DNA from: Saccharolobus islandicus REY15A
Lineage (GTDB): Archaea; Thermoproteota; Thermoprotei_A; Sulfolobales; Sulfolobaceae
Assembly (NCBI RefSeq): GCF_000189555.1
Contig: NC_017276.1
Strand: one strand, 5' to 3'
Length of the DNA stretch: 64,000 nucleotides
Program-made: the position numbers and the translations under genes
Shown: positions 40,526 through 51,536 of the stretch, in pieces
Position numbering within the stretch: the first letter of the stretch is position 1
Layout: each line of letters starts with the position of its first letter
Notes under the pieces: generated by a model
Seen by the model: the letters and a program-made list of their open reading frames with translations, nothing else
The model's database searches: none
What the model was told of the DNA's origin: nothing

Positions 40526-41001
40526 AATTAGTATTTCAGTATCTTAATTTTTCAGAGAAATCTTAAATATTATATTATGATAATGAATTGCTCCAGATTA
40601 AGAGGTTGTACATCTTATATTTAAGGATTTCAAGTGTCACCAACTATAAATGAGGGACAGATCTTCACATTCTGTCTCGTATACTCGAGCTCTTCTATTA
40701 TATTTAATAAAAAGACTTTGGAACTTCTTTCTATATCACTCATCGACTTTTATATTATTTTTAGGAATCCTCTTTCATGACTTCGAAGTATAAATTAGGT
40801 TAATGGAGGTACTTGTTCAATTTCAGTTAATACTTTATGGTTCTATTCCAAATCTTCTTAAAGCTATTATCCTTCTAGTTAATTCCTTATACTTATCAGA
40901 AATCTCTATTTCCAATGTTATTTAATGCTTTTACAGCGCTATTGTAATTGAAATACTAACCTTATTGGACAACTTATTCCTTGTTAACAATTCTCCCTTA
41001 T

Positions 41002-41309
41002 ATGCATAAGGTAATTGAAATCAACGGCTATCCGATAATGATTTATGAAAAAAGATGGAAAAGAGTCCACTTACTTTGCTGGACTTTCTCATAAGCAAAA
41101 ACCAATAACTGATATTGGATACAAAATTGAGGGAGATAATATAATTTGTCCATTTCATCTAGCAGTCTTCTCACTCATAACCGGTGAACTCATAAAACCG
41201 CCAGAATCCAAAAACACCTTGTTCACCTAATTGCAAACTTATAAGAGCTAGATTAATAAACGGTGAGGTATTGTTTGATAAGCCATTTATACCCAAAACA
41301 AAGGGTTGA
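41002..41309 (+). pseudogene. Degenerate, frameshifted Rieske-type ferredoxin
   Basis: CPFHLAVFSL.TG second box intact; first box reads GLSH; two frameshifts; ends at the start of the hydantoinase gene. Confidence 0.55.
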
Positions 41310-41314
41310 TAAAT

Positions 41315-43258
41315 ATGGAGTGTAAAGTGGCAATAGATATTGGTGGGACGTTTACTGATTTCATAGTCCTATCCAGTGAGGGGGAAATTAAGACAATAAA
41401 AGTCCTAACTAACCCTAAAGACCCTGGACAAGTCATTAAAGATGTAATAAGCACTTTAAACTGCAACGTAAATGAGATAGCTCACGCCACGACACTTGCA
41501 ACAAATACGTTATTAGGGCAGGAAAACCTGACCATCTCAAAGACTGCCTTACTCGTTACAAAAGGATTCAAGGATATTATCGAAATAGGTAGACAGAATA
41601 GGCCTAGGCTTTATGATTTACATTTTGAAAAGCCAAGACAATTGGTCCTCAGAAGTTTAAGATTTGAGATTGACGAGAGGATCAACGCTGAAGGGAATAT
41701 AATAAAGGAGGTGAATCCAGACGAAATAGAGAGTATTTCTAAAAAACTTTTAGACGAAAATGTAATATCGATTGCAGTAAGTTATCTACACTCTTATCTT
41801 AATCCAAAAAATGAGCTAATTACTGAAAATGTGTTAAAGAAGTACTTCAACTACATCTCAATCTCCTCAAAAATAGCACCAGAACCTAGAGAATACGAGA
41901 GGACTTCTACTACAGTAGTTAATGCAGTGCTAATGCCATTAGTATCTGCATATCTTGAGAAATTACAAGCCTCTTTACCAACTGAAAACTTCTATATTAT
42001 GTCAAGTTCTGGAGGATTAGTAGATATTAAAGAAGCGTCTGAGAAGCCAGTACAGCTAATTGAATCCGGACCAGCAGCTGGTTTAATAGCTTCGGCTAGC
42101 TTCTTGCCTAATGAGAGTTTTATAAACTTTGACATGGGGGGTACTACCGCTAAGGCAGGTGTTATAATTAATGGTAATTTTGAAATGACCACTGAGTATG
42201 AAGTTGGAGGGGAAGTACACTATGGAAGGATAGTTAAGGGTACCGGGTATCCAGTAAGGTTCCCATTTGTTGATTTGGCCGAAGTATCTGCTGGTGGGGG
42301 TACGATAATATGGAGGGACGAGGCTAATGCTTTAAAAGTTGGACCTATAAGTGCTGGTGCTGATCCTGGACCAATTTCCTACGGAAAGGGAGGAAATAGG
42401 CCTACAATAGCTGATGCCAATCTGATTTTAGGAAGATTGGGGACAGAGCTCATTGGTGGTAATCTAAAGTTAGATAAAGAGAGTGCAATAAAGGGGATGA
42501 GTAGATTAGGCGATCCATATGAGGTAAGTAAGAATGCTTTAGAATTGATAAACTTGGAGATGGCTAGAGCAATAAGGTTAGTTACAGTGGAGAGGGGATT
42601 AGACCCATCAAACTTCTCCTTAATAGCCTTTGGAGGTGCTGGTCCGCAACATGCATTATATTTGGCTGAGGAGGTGGGGATAGGTAAGGTTATAATATCA
42701 CCTCATCCAGGATTATTCAGTGCTTTAGGATTATTACTAGCTGATTGGCGTTTTGAAGTTAGGAAATCATATCCTAAAGACTTAGAGAGTGAATTTAAGC
42801 GATTGGAAAAGGAGCTATATGATAAGTTGAAGGGGAACGTCGACTACTTCTTGAGACTTGCAGATGCGAGATATGAGGGACAAGGATGGGAGTTAACAAT
42901 TCCAGTAAATAACGTTCATGAGATTAGGAAAGTGTTTGAGGAGAAGCACCTAGCGACTTATGGTTTCGTGATGAATGATAGGGAGATAGAGATTGTTACA
43001 ATAAGGGTTTTCGCTATCAAGAAGAGACCATTACCTAAAATAAAGGTAACATTTGGAAATTGTGATAAGCCAAGGGAGGTTAGGAAAGTCATGATTGATG
43101 ACGATTGGGTAAATGTCGACGTCTATGTTAGGGAGAAGTTATCTAAAGGCTTTAGAATAAGGGGGCCAGCAATAATTGAGGAATACAGCTCGACTACAGT
43201 TATAAAGGATGGTTGGAATGCAATTATAGATGATTCAATAATATTGGTGAGAGAATGA
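41315..43258 (+). CDS. hyuA: Hydantoinase A / 5-oxoprolinase subunit
   Basis: [39 protein letters not shown]-like motif, FGGAGPQH. Confidence 0.88.
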   Translation: MECKVAIDIGGTFTDFIVLSSEGEIKTIKVLTNPKDPGQVIKDVISTLNCNVNEIAHATTLATNTLLGQENLTISKTALLVTKGFKDIIEIGRQNRPRLYDLHFEKPRQLVLRSLRFEIDERINAEGNIIKEVNPDEIESISKKLLDENVISIAVSYLHSYLNPKNELITENVLKKYFNYISISSKIAPEPREYERTSTTVVNAVLMPLVSAYLEKLQASLPTENFYIMSSSGGLVDIKEASEKPVQLIESGPAAGLIASASFLPNESFINFDMGGTTAKAGVIINGNFEMTTEYEVGGEVHYGRIVKGTGYPVRFPFVDLAEVSAGGGTIIWRDEANALKVGPISAGADPGPISYGKGGNRPTIADANLILGRLGTELIGGNLKLDKESAIKGMSRLGDPYEVSKNALELINLEMARAIRLVTVERGLDPSNFSLIAFGGAGPQHALYLAEEVGIGKVIISPHPGLFSALGLLLADWRFEVRKSYPKDLESEFKRLEKELYDKLKGNVDYFLRLADARYEGQGWELTIPVNNVHEIRKVFEEKHLATYGFVMNDREIEIVTIRVFAIKKRPLPKIKVTFGNCDKPREVRKVMIDDDWVNVDVYVREKLSKGFRIRGPAIIEEYSSTTVIKDGWNAIIDDSIILVRE

Positions 43259-44787
43259 CAAGTTGGGAAATAATTCACAAAGCCTCTGAGTTCATTGCAG
43301 AGGAAATGGGCGTTATGCTAAAGAGATCAGCCATGTCACCAAACATTAGGGAGAGGACGGATCATAGCTGTGCAATAACGGATGTCGAGGGTAATATTAT
43401 AGCCCAAGCTGAACACATACCAGTTCACCTAGGCTCTTTTAGCATTGGAGTTAAAAACACGTTAAACTTGATAGGCGAAATAGAAGAGAGTGATATGGTT
43501 ATTTTAAATGATCCTTATATATCTGGTACTCATCTGAATGACGTAATGGTTTTAGCCCCAGTTTACTATAATGGTAAGCTAATAGGATATGTTGTAAATA
43601 AGGCACATCACGTTGATGTAGGTGGACCAATGCCAGGTAGTTTAAATCCATATGCAACGACAATTTACGAGGAGGGTTTTGTAATACCCCCAGTGAGGTT
43701 GATGAGGAAAGGGCAGATAAATAATGAGATTATTAATATAATTAGGCATAACTTCAAGGTACCCGAGGTATCAATAGGCGATCTGAACGCTCAAATTTCG
43801 GGGAACCTCAATGGTATAGCTAGGATTAGGCAAATGTTTGATAAGTACGGTTACGAGAACGTTCTTAATGCGTGGAAGATCTCAATGGAGTATGGGAAGA
43901 AATTGGCGTTATCTGAAATTTCAAAATGGGGTAAGGGTGTTGGTGAGGATGAAGATTATTTAGAAATAGGTGATGACCTAAAGAAAATAAGGCTAAAGGT
44001 AAAGATTGATGAGAATGGTGTTTACGCTAATTTTGCTGGAACTGATACCCAGATTGAGGGACCTTTAAATGCAGTATATGGAGTTACGTTTTCGGCTGTT
44101 AGTTTTGTCATAAGGTCATTAATAGGAAAGGATATTCCTACTAATGAGGGCTTTTACAGTCTAATTAATGTTGATGCGCCTAAGGGTACTATAGTTAATC
44201 CCAATAAGCCAGCAGCAGTTGGTGGTGGAAACGTAGAGACTTCACAGAGAATTGCCGATGTTACCTTTAAGGCTTTATCTCACCTTATTGACGTTCCCGC
44301 TGCTGGTTCTGGTACTATGATGAATGTTATGATGGGTGGAATTTATAGGGGTAAATATTGGGCTTACTATGAGACAATAGGTGGTGGTACTGGAGCGAGG
44401 CCAAATAAGGATGGTGTTTCAGCTGTTCAAGTTAACATGACTAATACTTTGAATACTCCCATTGAAATTGCTGAAAGGTATTATCCAATAATGTTTACTA
44501 CGTATCGAATAAGGGATGGTAGTGGTGGTGATGGCAAGTATAAGGGTGGTGATGGTATAATTAGGGCATTTAAGATTCTGGAAAAGACTAGACTATCAAT
44601 AATCGCGGAGAGATTTAAGATTGCCCCTTGGGGTTTGAAGGGTGGTAGGAACGGTAAGCCTGCAAGGGTTACAATAATAAGGGTTGATGGTAGAAAGGAG
44701 GAAATGCCTAGTAAGTTTTCAACAATTTTGAATAAAGGTGATGAGGTGATAATTGAAACTCCAGGTGGCGGAGGATATTATGGTTAA
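43255..44787 (+). CDS. hyuB: Hydantoinase B / 5-oxoprolinase subunit
   Basis: [44 protein letters not shown]. Confidence 0.88.
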   Translation: MTSWEIIHKASEFIAEEMGVMLKRSAMSPNIRERTDHSCAITDVEGNIIAQAEHIPVHLGSFSIGVKNTLNLIGEIEESDMVILNDPYISGTHLNDVMVLAPVYYNGKLIGYVVNKAHHVDVGGPMPGSLNPYATTIYEEGFVIPPVRLMRKGQINNEIINIIRHNFKVPEVSIGDLNAQISGNLNGIARIRQMFDKYGYENVLNAWKISMEYGKKLALSEISKWGKGVGEDEDYLEIGDDLKKIRLKVKIDENGVYANFAGTDTQIEGPLNAVYGVTFSAVSFVIRSLIGKDIPTNEGFYSLINVDAPKGTIVNPNKPAAVGGGNVETSQRIADVTFKALSHLIDVPAAGSGTMMNVMMGGIYRGKYWAYYETIGGGTGARPNKDGVSAVQVNMTNTLNTPIEIAERYYPIMFTTYRIRDGSGGDGKYKGGDGIIRAFKILEKTRLSIIAERFKIAPWGLKGGRNGKPARVTIIRVDGRKEEMPSKFSTILNKGDEVIIETPGGGGYYG

Positions 44788-44886
44788 GGGTTAAATATTT
44801 TTGTAGTTTTTAGTTTCTAGCGGATAAACAATTTACATTTATTAAGAATGAATCTTTGATGAATCTGACTTTCATACCGCCATAAA

Positions 44887-45222
44887 CGGTAGATCCAAAA
44901 TCTATTCTCAGAAATAATCTATACCTAAATATCATAATAGTTAAGCAGTTAAAGTTTATAATTTCTTAATAATCACAGAAATTTAAAGTGAAAATGTTAT
45001 TAAACATTCCAGTGTTTATGTATAACTGAAGAGGCAGTATTATAATTTAAATAATTTTTTCATATTTTCTTACAGATATGAGGAAAACGGGAAAGAAATA
45101 CTTTAGTTTCACAAAAATTTAGATAAAATCATCCCCTTTCGATATATTTTATCACATATAATATAGTAAACATTTATTAATTTTTTATTATTACATTTAA
45201 TTAAACGATTTTGAGTCTACCG
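44887..45222. mobile_element. Putative ISH3/ISC1225-derived MITE (336 bp, AT-rich, non-coding)
   Basis: Ends CGGTAGATCCAAAATCT and (reverse complement) CGGTAGACTCAAAATCG resemble the 17-bp IR of the intact element at 16919; no clean TSD. Confidence 0.6.
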
Positions 45223-45281
45223 TTCAAGGTAGGGAGGAGACCAGTAAAATAGAGTATACTCTTAATTATAATTATATCAAT

Positions 45282-46202
45282 TTGTTAGTGGCGATAAACC
45301 TTTTTATCATTAAACTATCAATTATTTGTATGGGTCTCACTGACATTCTAGGACAGCCAATATGTTTCACAATGCTTATGGGTATTGCCGGAATATCGAT
45401 AGCATCATATTTAGGTAAATTAATCCTACTCTCATTAATCTCATTTGGGATTGCCCTAGTATTTTTAATCCTCCTAACTTCTTTCTTCATTCTTAATCTA
45501 AAAAGATTGAAATACGAAATGGTTGACCTTATCTCAATAATTTCAGGTCTTGCCTTACTCATTACTAGGTTACGTTTATCTTACCCTTCTCCATTCTATT
45601 TCATTCCTCTTATAATATTATCAATCTTTTATTTCGTAATTGTATATAAGGTGTTTGTATCACTTAAACAAGTAACGTTTAAACATCACTTACTAGGAGT
45701 TGCAATCACACTTCTTTCAATCGGCCTAAGAAGTTACATAACTCTATTGTCGCTAATATTTGCAAGCATAGGTATTTTAATATACTTTACAATAACTGCT
45801 CTCATACTGAAGAGTATTATGACTACAAAAAGAGATATAATTGGGATTATAGATGGAGCTACGTGGATTCAAATGGGATTATCTGCACTTATCTCTTTTG
45901 CAATCAGCCCTTTTTCTAAATTAGCAAGCTTGGTTTTCTGGTACTTAGCATTATTTCTCTTACCCATAGTAATATTGGTAAGCATATTGAAATTAATTTC
46001 TGTCAAAATTATAAGATATCATCCATCTCTATGGTCAGTAATCTTTCCACAAGCTGTTTTCTCAACTGACACATTTAGCATTATAAGGGAACGCCTTATC
46101 GTTTTACCTATCTTATACGATGTTTCCTTTTCTGTATTGCTTTCGGCCTTTTCCTTATTTATACTATTCCTTTCTTTTACAATATTTTCAGTAACAAGAT
46201 AA
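45282..46202 (+). CDS. TDT/SLAC1 (TehA/Ssu1-like) anion channel family protein
   Basis: FTMLMGIAG, WIQMG, WSVIFP motifs; about 10 TMs. Confidence 0.75.
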   Translation: MLVAINLFIIKLSIICMGLTDILGQPICFTMLMGIAGISIASYLGKLILLSLISFGIALVFLILLTSFFILNLKRLKYEMVDLISIISGLALLITRLRLSYPSPFYFIPLIILSIFYFVIVYKVFVSLKQVTFKHHLLGVAITLLSIGLRSYITLLSLIFASIGILIYFTITALILKSIMTTKRDIIGIIDGATWIQMGLSALISFAISPFSKLASLVFWYLALFLLPIVILVSILKLISVKIIRYHPSLWSVIFPQAVFSTDTFSIIRERLIVLPILYDVSFSVLLSAFSLFILFLSFTIFSVTR

Positions 46203-46209
46203 CTATTAT

Positions 46210-46401
46210 CTATTCCTCGCTGTCTTTTCTTTCCACATATCTCATGAAGAGAAATATACTCAATGCCCACAAAATTGAGAGAAATAACATTATATCTCCT
46301 ATTACGTAATCTCCTACAATAACAAGTCCGACACCTAAGGAAGCGAGAAATATAACTCCAGAGACTATGTATAATATTTCCTCAAAATCGGGCTTTTCCA
46401 C
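46210..46401 (-). CDS. Small two-TM membrane protein
   Basis: 63 aa, downstream of the TauE-like gene on the same strand. Confidence 0.6.
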   Translation of the reverse strand: MEKPDFEEILYIVSGVIFLASLGVGLVIVGDYVIGDIMLFLSILWALSIFLFMRYVERKDSEE

Positions 46402-46437
46402 ATAATTAATTTAGATTCAAGGCCTTATAAAAGCGAT

Positions 46438-47280
46438 TTAATCAATCTCCCTAACAATCTTCTTTCTTTTAACTATGTACTTTGATAAAAGGTATAAGTC
46501 AATAGCAATTACTACAATCATGGGCCAGTATAATACATCATAGCCAATAACTTTACCTAAGTTAAACGAAAGTCCATATCCACTTACCCAACTATCAAAA
46601 CTCATAACGAGTCTTCTGAAATCCTCCTTTCGTTTAATTATCCTTGCCGTGAATACTCCTATTGCCATCCCTGTTATTACGGCTGGAGAAGTGATAGCTA
46701 CATAATAAAGAACTTGAGAACTAAACACTCCTAATGTAAGGTAACCACTAAACGTTGTAATACTCTCTGCAACCCTAAGTGCAGAAATAGCAAACTTAAA
46801 CTCTTCTTTTGTCAACCCTTGATTGTTTATTATTAGGGCTAAAGGTGGTCCACTTATTGTCGATACTCCATATAATACACCTACTGGAAAGGTTACTAAA
46901 TATCCGACCTTTTTCCACTTATCTAAACTTATCTCCTTTCTAAAACCAGCAGCTTGAAGTAGGATTAATGGTATCAATACGCTATACACAATCACCTTTA
47001 GCAGTGCGTCATTTACCGAAATTTTCAAAAGATAAGCCCCAAGTAAAGAGCCTATAGCTATTCCAGGTATTCCGTAGATGGTGATTGTTAGAGATTTTTT
47101 AGTGTAGTTCCTAAAATTTAACATAACATTAGCGGTATTTTGAAATATTTCTATAAAATTCAGTATTGGGGAGATTTGTCTATTAGTATACCTTATGAGT
47201 AATAGCGGTGTTGCAGTGGCCGAAAATCCATATGCAAATGCACCAGAAGGTATAGAGGCAATGAAAAGAATCACTGACAA
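46438..47280 (-). CDS. TauE/SafE (sulfite exporter) family protein
   Basis: GAFAYGFS and GVSTISGPP repeats; multiple TMs. Confidence 0.85.
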   Translation of the reverse strand: MSVILFIASIPSGAFAYGFSATATPLLLIRYTNRQISPILNFIEIFQNTANVMLNFRNYTKKSLTITIYGIPGIAIGSLLGAYLLKISVNDALLKVIVYSVLIPLILLQAAGFRKEISLDKWKKVGYLVTFPVGVLYGVSTISGPPLALIINNQGLTKEEFKFAISALRVAESITTFSGYLTLGVFSSQVLYYVAITSPAVITGMAIGVFTARIIKRKEDFRRLVMSFDSWVSGYGLSFNLGKVIGYDVLYWPMIVVIAIDLYLLSKYIVKRKKIVREID

Positions 47281-47297
47281 ATAAGTTAAATCTGACG

Positions 47298-47603
47298 TTA
47301 AATGTCACCCTTTAATCTTTTTATGGCTTCCATTAGGGCTTTCTTCGGTTCAATTCTCTTTTCCACGATTATCCTCAATATCTCATTTTTGAAACTCCTA
47401 GGCAGAAGCTCAATTGATTTTGTAGTTGAAGAATCTACTTTCGCGTTAGGAAACAGCTTAACTATTTCTTCTACTATCTCTTGTTCCACATCTATTTCTA
47501 TACGTTTCATCCCTCCCAATACCTCCCTTGCGTAATTCAATCCTAATTCCTCCAATTTTCTACTCATTTCCTCACTAAGCCAAATGTATATTTTCATTAC
47601 CAT
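47298..47603 (-). CDS. Hypothetical protein coupled to sat
   Basis: 101 aa; its start abuts the sat stop. Confidence 0.7.
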   Translation of the reverse strand: MVMKIYIWLSEEMSRKLEELGLNYAREVLGGMKRIEIDVEQEIVEEIVKLFPNAKVDSSTTKSIELLPRSFKNEILRIIVEKRIEPKKALMEAIKRLKGDI

Positions 47604-48824
47604 TCACCCTACTATTCTCTGTCTCTTCTCTAGGTATTCTTCAGTCACGAAAGGACTCCCGAACCCATATTGCTTTGCCGCTTTCATTAAAACCTCATAC
47701 ACTTCTGGCCTCATTACCATCTTAGTTGGCTTTACCTCATCTAATATTATACTCCTTATCAAACTGCCACTAAACTCTTGTTTCTCATCCTTGTGATCAC
47801 AAAGTATTTCGTTTTCTATACTGCCACATATTGGGCAGTAATAGTTTTCCCTTAAGAATATCGGCTTTATCAACAGGTCGTCTTCATTGATGTTGTCAAA
47901 TATTTGATGTGCCTCATAAGGTGAATAATAATTCCCAACCCCCGCATGATCCCTACCAAAGACATGATGGGTACATCCTAAATTACTCCTAATTATAGCG
48001 TGAAGCAAAGCTTCTCTAGGTCCAGCATACCTCATATCCCATAAAGTAAATGAAAGTAAATGCACTTTCTTACTTATGTAACCGTATTTAGATAATGCCT
48101 CATGAGTTAAAAGAATTGCCTCATCTATGTAGTCACCTATTCTCTTCTCCCCAATGACAACATTTACTAGGATACCTGTCCTAGGTTCATGAACCTTCTG
48201 ATTCTCATTCGCTGCAAACCAAGCAAACTTCATTAAGTATTCATGACCAGTATGGGGAACGTTCCTAGTCTGGAATGCAACTATTTTTTTCCAACCCTTC
48301 TTTTCAAAAATTACTCTATGCATTCTAGGAGTTAACCAGAATTCGGAGTATGGTGAAGTAAACTGTGGTTCCCTAATAAGCCAAACATCTCCCGCTAAGA
48401 ACGCATCTGCGTAGCTTAATGTTCTTTTCACTCCAGGATGCTTAATATCTCTAGTCTTATAGACCTTCTCAGCCAATTTCACCTTATCGTATTTGAAGAT
48501 CTCCTTTACTTCCATGACTGCCAATGGTTTTCCTAAATAAGTTATCCCTATAGTATCCCCCTCCTTGACAATTTCATTTTGGCTATAATCGAACATTATT
48601 GGTATTGGCCATAATACGTCGTTTGGTAATCTCATGTTTTCCACTACAGAATCCACTTCCTCATAGTTCATGAAACCCTTTAGTGGAGATAAAAAACCAT
48701 AAGCTATACTTACTATCTCATGGGCTAACTGTCTCTTCACTTCAATTTTTTGCAGTTCTTCAAGGTCTGAAATCCTTCTTATTCTCTCAACTATCTCAAC
48801 CTTGCCGTGCCCTATTAGATTCAC
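47604..48824 (-). CDS. sat: Sulfate adenylyltransferase
   Basis: SPLKGFM, FQTRNVPHTGH, YAGPREA, FGRDHAGVG. Confidence 0.95.
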   Translation of the reverse strand: MNLIGHGKVEIVERIRRISDLEELQKIEVKRQLAHEIVSIAYGFLSPLKGFMNYEEVDSVVENMRLPNDVLWPIPIMFDYSQNEIVKEGDTIGITYLGKPLAVMEVKEIFKYDKVKLAEKVYKTRDIKHPGVKRTLSYADAFLAGDVWLIREPQFTSPYSEFWLTPRMHRVIFEKKGWKKIVAFQTRNVPHTGHEYLMKFAWFAANENQKVHEPRTGILVNVVIGEKRIGDYIDEAILLTHEALSKYGYISKKVHLLSFTLWDMRYAGPREALLHAIIRSNLGCTHHVFGRDHAGVGNYYSPYEAHQIFDNINEDDLLIKPIFLRENYYCPICGSIENEILCDHKDEKQEFSGSLIRSIILDEVKPTKMVMRPEVYEVLMKAAKQYGFGSPFVTEEYLEKRQRIVG

Positions 48825-48866
48825 AGTCTTAATCTTGTTAAGGGTAAGCTTATATATTTAGCTATT

Positions 48867-48887
48867 TGTGCAAATTTTGCACATATC
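48867..48887. promoter_or_regulatory. Palindromic operator candidate between divergent sat and cysH promoters
   Basis: TGTGCAAA-T-TTTGCACA, a perfect 8-bp inverted repeat, followed by TATC. Confidence 0.65.
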
Positions 48888-48912
48888 GAAACACTAAAGT
48901 ATTAATCTTTAC

Positions 48913-49644
48913 TTGATTATTCTGATGCTTAGCAAAGAGGAGTTAGACTCTCTAAACAAATGGTTTGAAGATAAGGAACCATTAGAAGTGTTGAAATGGG
49001 GAATTGAGAAATTTCATCCTAAAATAGTCTTAGCATGCAGTCTTCAGGCTGAAGATTTAGTAATACTGGATATGTTAAGTAAGGTAGTTGAAAAACCAAA
49101 GGTTTTCATAATAGATACTGGTAGACTTCATCAAGAGAGTTATGAGTTAATAGAGGAGATAAACAAAAAATACAACACTGATTTAAGGATATATTTTCCA
49201 GACTATAAAGAGGTAGAAGCTCTAGTCAATAAACACGGAATAAATCTATTTTATAGAAGTGTTGAACTTAGAAAAGCATGCTGCGAAGTGAGGAAAGTTC
49301 TCCCCCTTAGAAGAGCATTAGAGGGAATGCAGGCTTGGATAACTGGGCTAAGAAGAGAACAAAATTTCACGAGAGGGGGAATTAAGAAGATAGAAATAGA
49401 TGAGGTTAATGGAGGTATAGTTAAGTTAAACCCCTTGGCTGACTGGACATGGGAACAAGTATGGGAATACATAAAGAAAAACAACGTGCCCTACAATAAA
49501 CTTTACGATAAGGGTTATAAGAGCATAGGATGCGTACCATGTACTAGACCAGTAAAACCGTGGGAGCATCCAAGAGCTGGTAGATGGTGGTGGGAGCAGA
49601 ATAGTGACAAGGAGTGTGGACTTCACTATAGAGGGGTGAAGTGA
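48913..49644 (+). CDS. cysH: APS/PAPS reductase; CC and CxxC Fe-S ligands suggest the APS type
   Basis: DTGRLH, CCEVRK, TGLRREQ, SIGCVPCT, ECGLH. Confidence 0.93.
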   Translation: MIILMLSKEELDSLNKWFEDKEPLEVLKWGIEKFHPKIVLACSLQAEDLVILDMLSKVVEKPKVFIIDTGRLHQESYELIEEINKKYNTDLRIYFPDYKEVEALVNKHGINLFYRSVELRKACCEVRKVLPLRRALEGMQAWITGLRREQNFTRGGIKKIEIDEVNGGIVKLNPLADWTWEQVWEYIKKNNVPYNKLYDKGYKSIGCVPCTRPVKPWEHPRAGRWWWEQNSDKECGLHYRGVK

Positions 49645-51536
49645 GGATTCCCATAGAGCCCAATTTTAGAACAGATCCTAAGGATTACAGTGAGGAAGAG
49701 AGAGTAAAGCTGAAAACGAAGGGATTAACTGAGGATACCATAGGGATATATTCATCATTTCACGATTTTACTAGGGACGACCTCGAGAAGGAAGTATCTT
49801 TGATAGCTAAAAGTTTTGGAATTTATATGGAATTCAATAGGGATAAGATGAAATCAAACGCAATAAAAGACTGGATCTACATGGTAAGGTTACCGATTCC
49901 AGGAGGAGGTCCAATAAGACTTGACCAATGGAGAATTTTAGATGATGTTTCAAATAAGTATACCATATCAGATGCATATACTGGATATCCTTTACCTTCT
50001 CTGAAACTAACCACGAGACAAGCTATTCAATTTCACCATGTAAAGAAAAAGGATTTGCCTAACCTTATAAGGGAGATTGCAGAATCTGGCTTTCTTACCA
50101 TAAATGGCTGTGGGGATAATTTAAGGAATACGATAGCTTGTCCACTTTCCAAGTTTTGGATTTTCGACTCAAATACGCTCGCTAGAAAAATTGCTGGCTA
50201 CTTTAGATTACCTTCAGAGCTGTATCTTCAAGTTTTTGAAATACCTCTTTCTGAAGAAAGGCAATTTAATAATAAAGAATCCTTCAAATATGCTGATAAT
50301 CTTCTACCCAGAAAGTTTAAGATTGGAATAGCTGGAGTAATGAGGACAATTGACGGAAAGTACATAATTGACAATTGCGTTGAGGTGCGAGCTAACGATA
50401 TAGGCGTAGTCCCTCTAATAGAAGGGGAAAAGGTAATAGGTTATCAGATATACGTTGGTGGATCAATGGGTGAAAATAACTCCTATCCCACTTTTTCAGC
50501 CCTCGGACTTCCAATTGGGACTGTATCTAAAGACGAGGAGTTATTGAGAGTATTGGATGCAATTGTGAGAATACAAGAGCAATGGGGAGATAGGAAGAAT
50601 AGGCATTGGGCTAGGTTTAAGTACGTTGTATATAAAATGGGATTAGAGTGGGTAAGGGAAAAAGTATGGGAATACTCAGGGATTCGATTAGGTAAAATAG
50701 TGAATGTAAACTTAGATCATAGTGACTTACACTTGGGATGGATAGACTTAGGTAATAGCAAGTGGGCTTATGGTGTTTTCGTTGAAGACGGTAGACTAAT
50801 AGATGGAAAAAACGGTAAGGTAAAGAGTATGATCAGATACATTGCGGATAATTTCCATAATGTAACGTTTTACATAACTCCAAATCAACACTTATTAATT
50901 ACGGAAATAGACGAGGATCAGATGGAGGAAATTGAGAAAACACTAAGGGATTTCAACTACGGCTTTAGAGATGGAAAACCTTACTCGAATTTAAGAACGA
51001 ATTCGATTGCATGTGTAGGATTTCCAACATGTAAATTATCATTTACAGATTCCGAAAGATTCCTTCCGAGTCTAATTGACGAGTTGGAGAGAAGAGGATG
51101 GAAAGATATTCCAGTTTCAATAGGACTATCGGGATGTGTCGCTCAATGTTCGAGACCAGCCGTTTATCCCATTAGTTGGATTGGTAGTGGATATGAGCTC
51201 TATATGTTAAAGATAGGTGGAGGAAACGGTAATTTGGGAGAGCCGCTAATTGACTGGGATGAAAATGTAATTTACCTATATCAAGTTCCAGCCAATAGAT
51301 TAGCAGACGTGACTGAAGCGTTGTTTGAATTATACGAGAGAAATAAGGATATAAGTGAGGAACCAGGAAAAGTATTCAGAGTAATAGGTAATAGGAAGAT
51401 AATTGAATGGTTAAAGAGCCATGAGAAGACTAGAGACCTAATGAGACCTCATAAGTTTGATAAAAAGATCGAGGGTTATAGGGAATATCACGACTTGTTG
51501 AGAAAGCGTTTGGAAGAGGTGAATAGGTATAGGTAA
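49641..51536 (+). CDS. Assimilatory sulfite reductase hemoprotein (nitrite/sulfite reductase family)
   Basis: LTTRQAIQFH, GDNLRN, LPRKFKIG, ACVGFPTC and SGCVAQC siroheme/[4Fe-4S] ligands. Confidence 0.9.
   Translation: MRIPIEPNFRTDPKDYSEEERVKLKTKGLTEDTIGIYSSFHDFTRDDLEKEVSLIAKSFGIYMEFNRDKMKSNAIKDWIYMVRLPIPGGGPIRLDQWRILDDVSNKYTISDAYTGYPLPSLKLTTRQAIQFHHVKKKDLPNLIREIAESGFLTINGCGDNLRNTIACPLSKFWIFDSNTLARKIAGYFRLPSELYLQVFEIPLSEERQFNNKESFKYADNLLPRKFKIGIAGVMRTIDGKYIIDNCVEVRANDIGVVPLIEGEKVIGYQIYVGGSMGENNSYPTFSALGLPIGTVSKDEELLRVLDAIVRIQEQWGDRKNRHWARFKYVVYKMGLEWVREKVWEYSGIRLGKIVNVNLDHSDLHLGWIDLGNSKWAYGVFVEDGRLIDGKNGKVKSMIRYIADNFHNVTFYITPNQHLLITEIDEDQMEEIEKTLRDFNYGFRDGKPYSNLRTNSIACVGFPTCKLSFTDSERFLPSLIDELERRGWKDIPVSIGLSGCVAQCSRPAVYPISWIGSGYELYMLKIGGGNGNLGEPLIDWDENVIYLYQVPANRLADVTEALFELYERNKDISEEPGKVFRVIGNRKIIEWLKSHEKTRDLMRPHKFDKKIEGYREYHDLLRKRLEEVNRYR

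Noticed and set aside
40560-40960. Possible decayed gene on the minus strand
   Set aside because: Only short protein-like fragments with many stops; no family recognisable.
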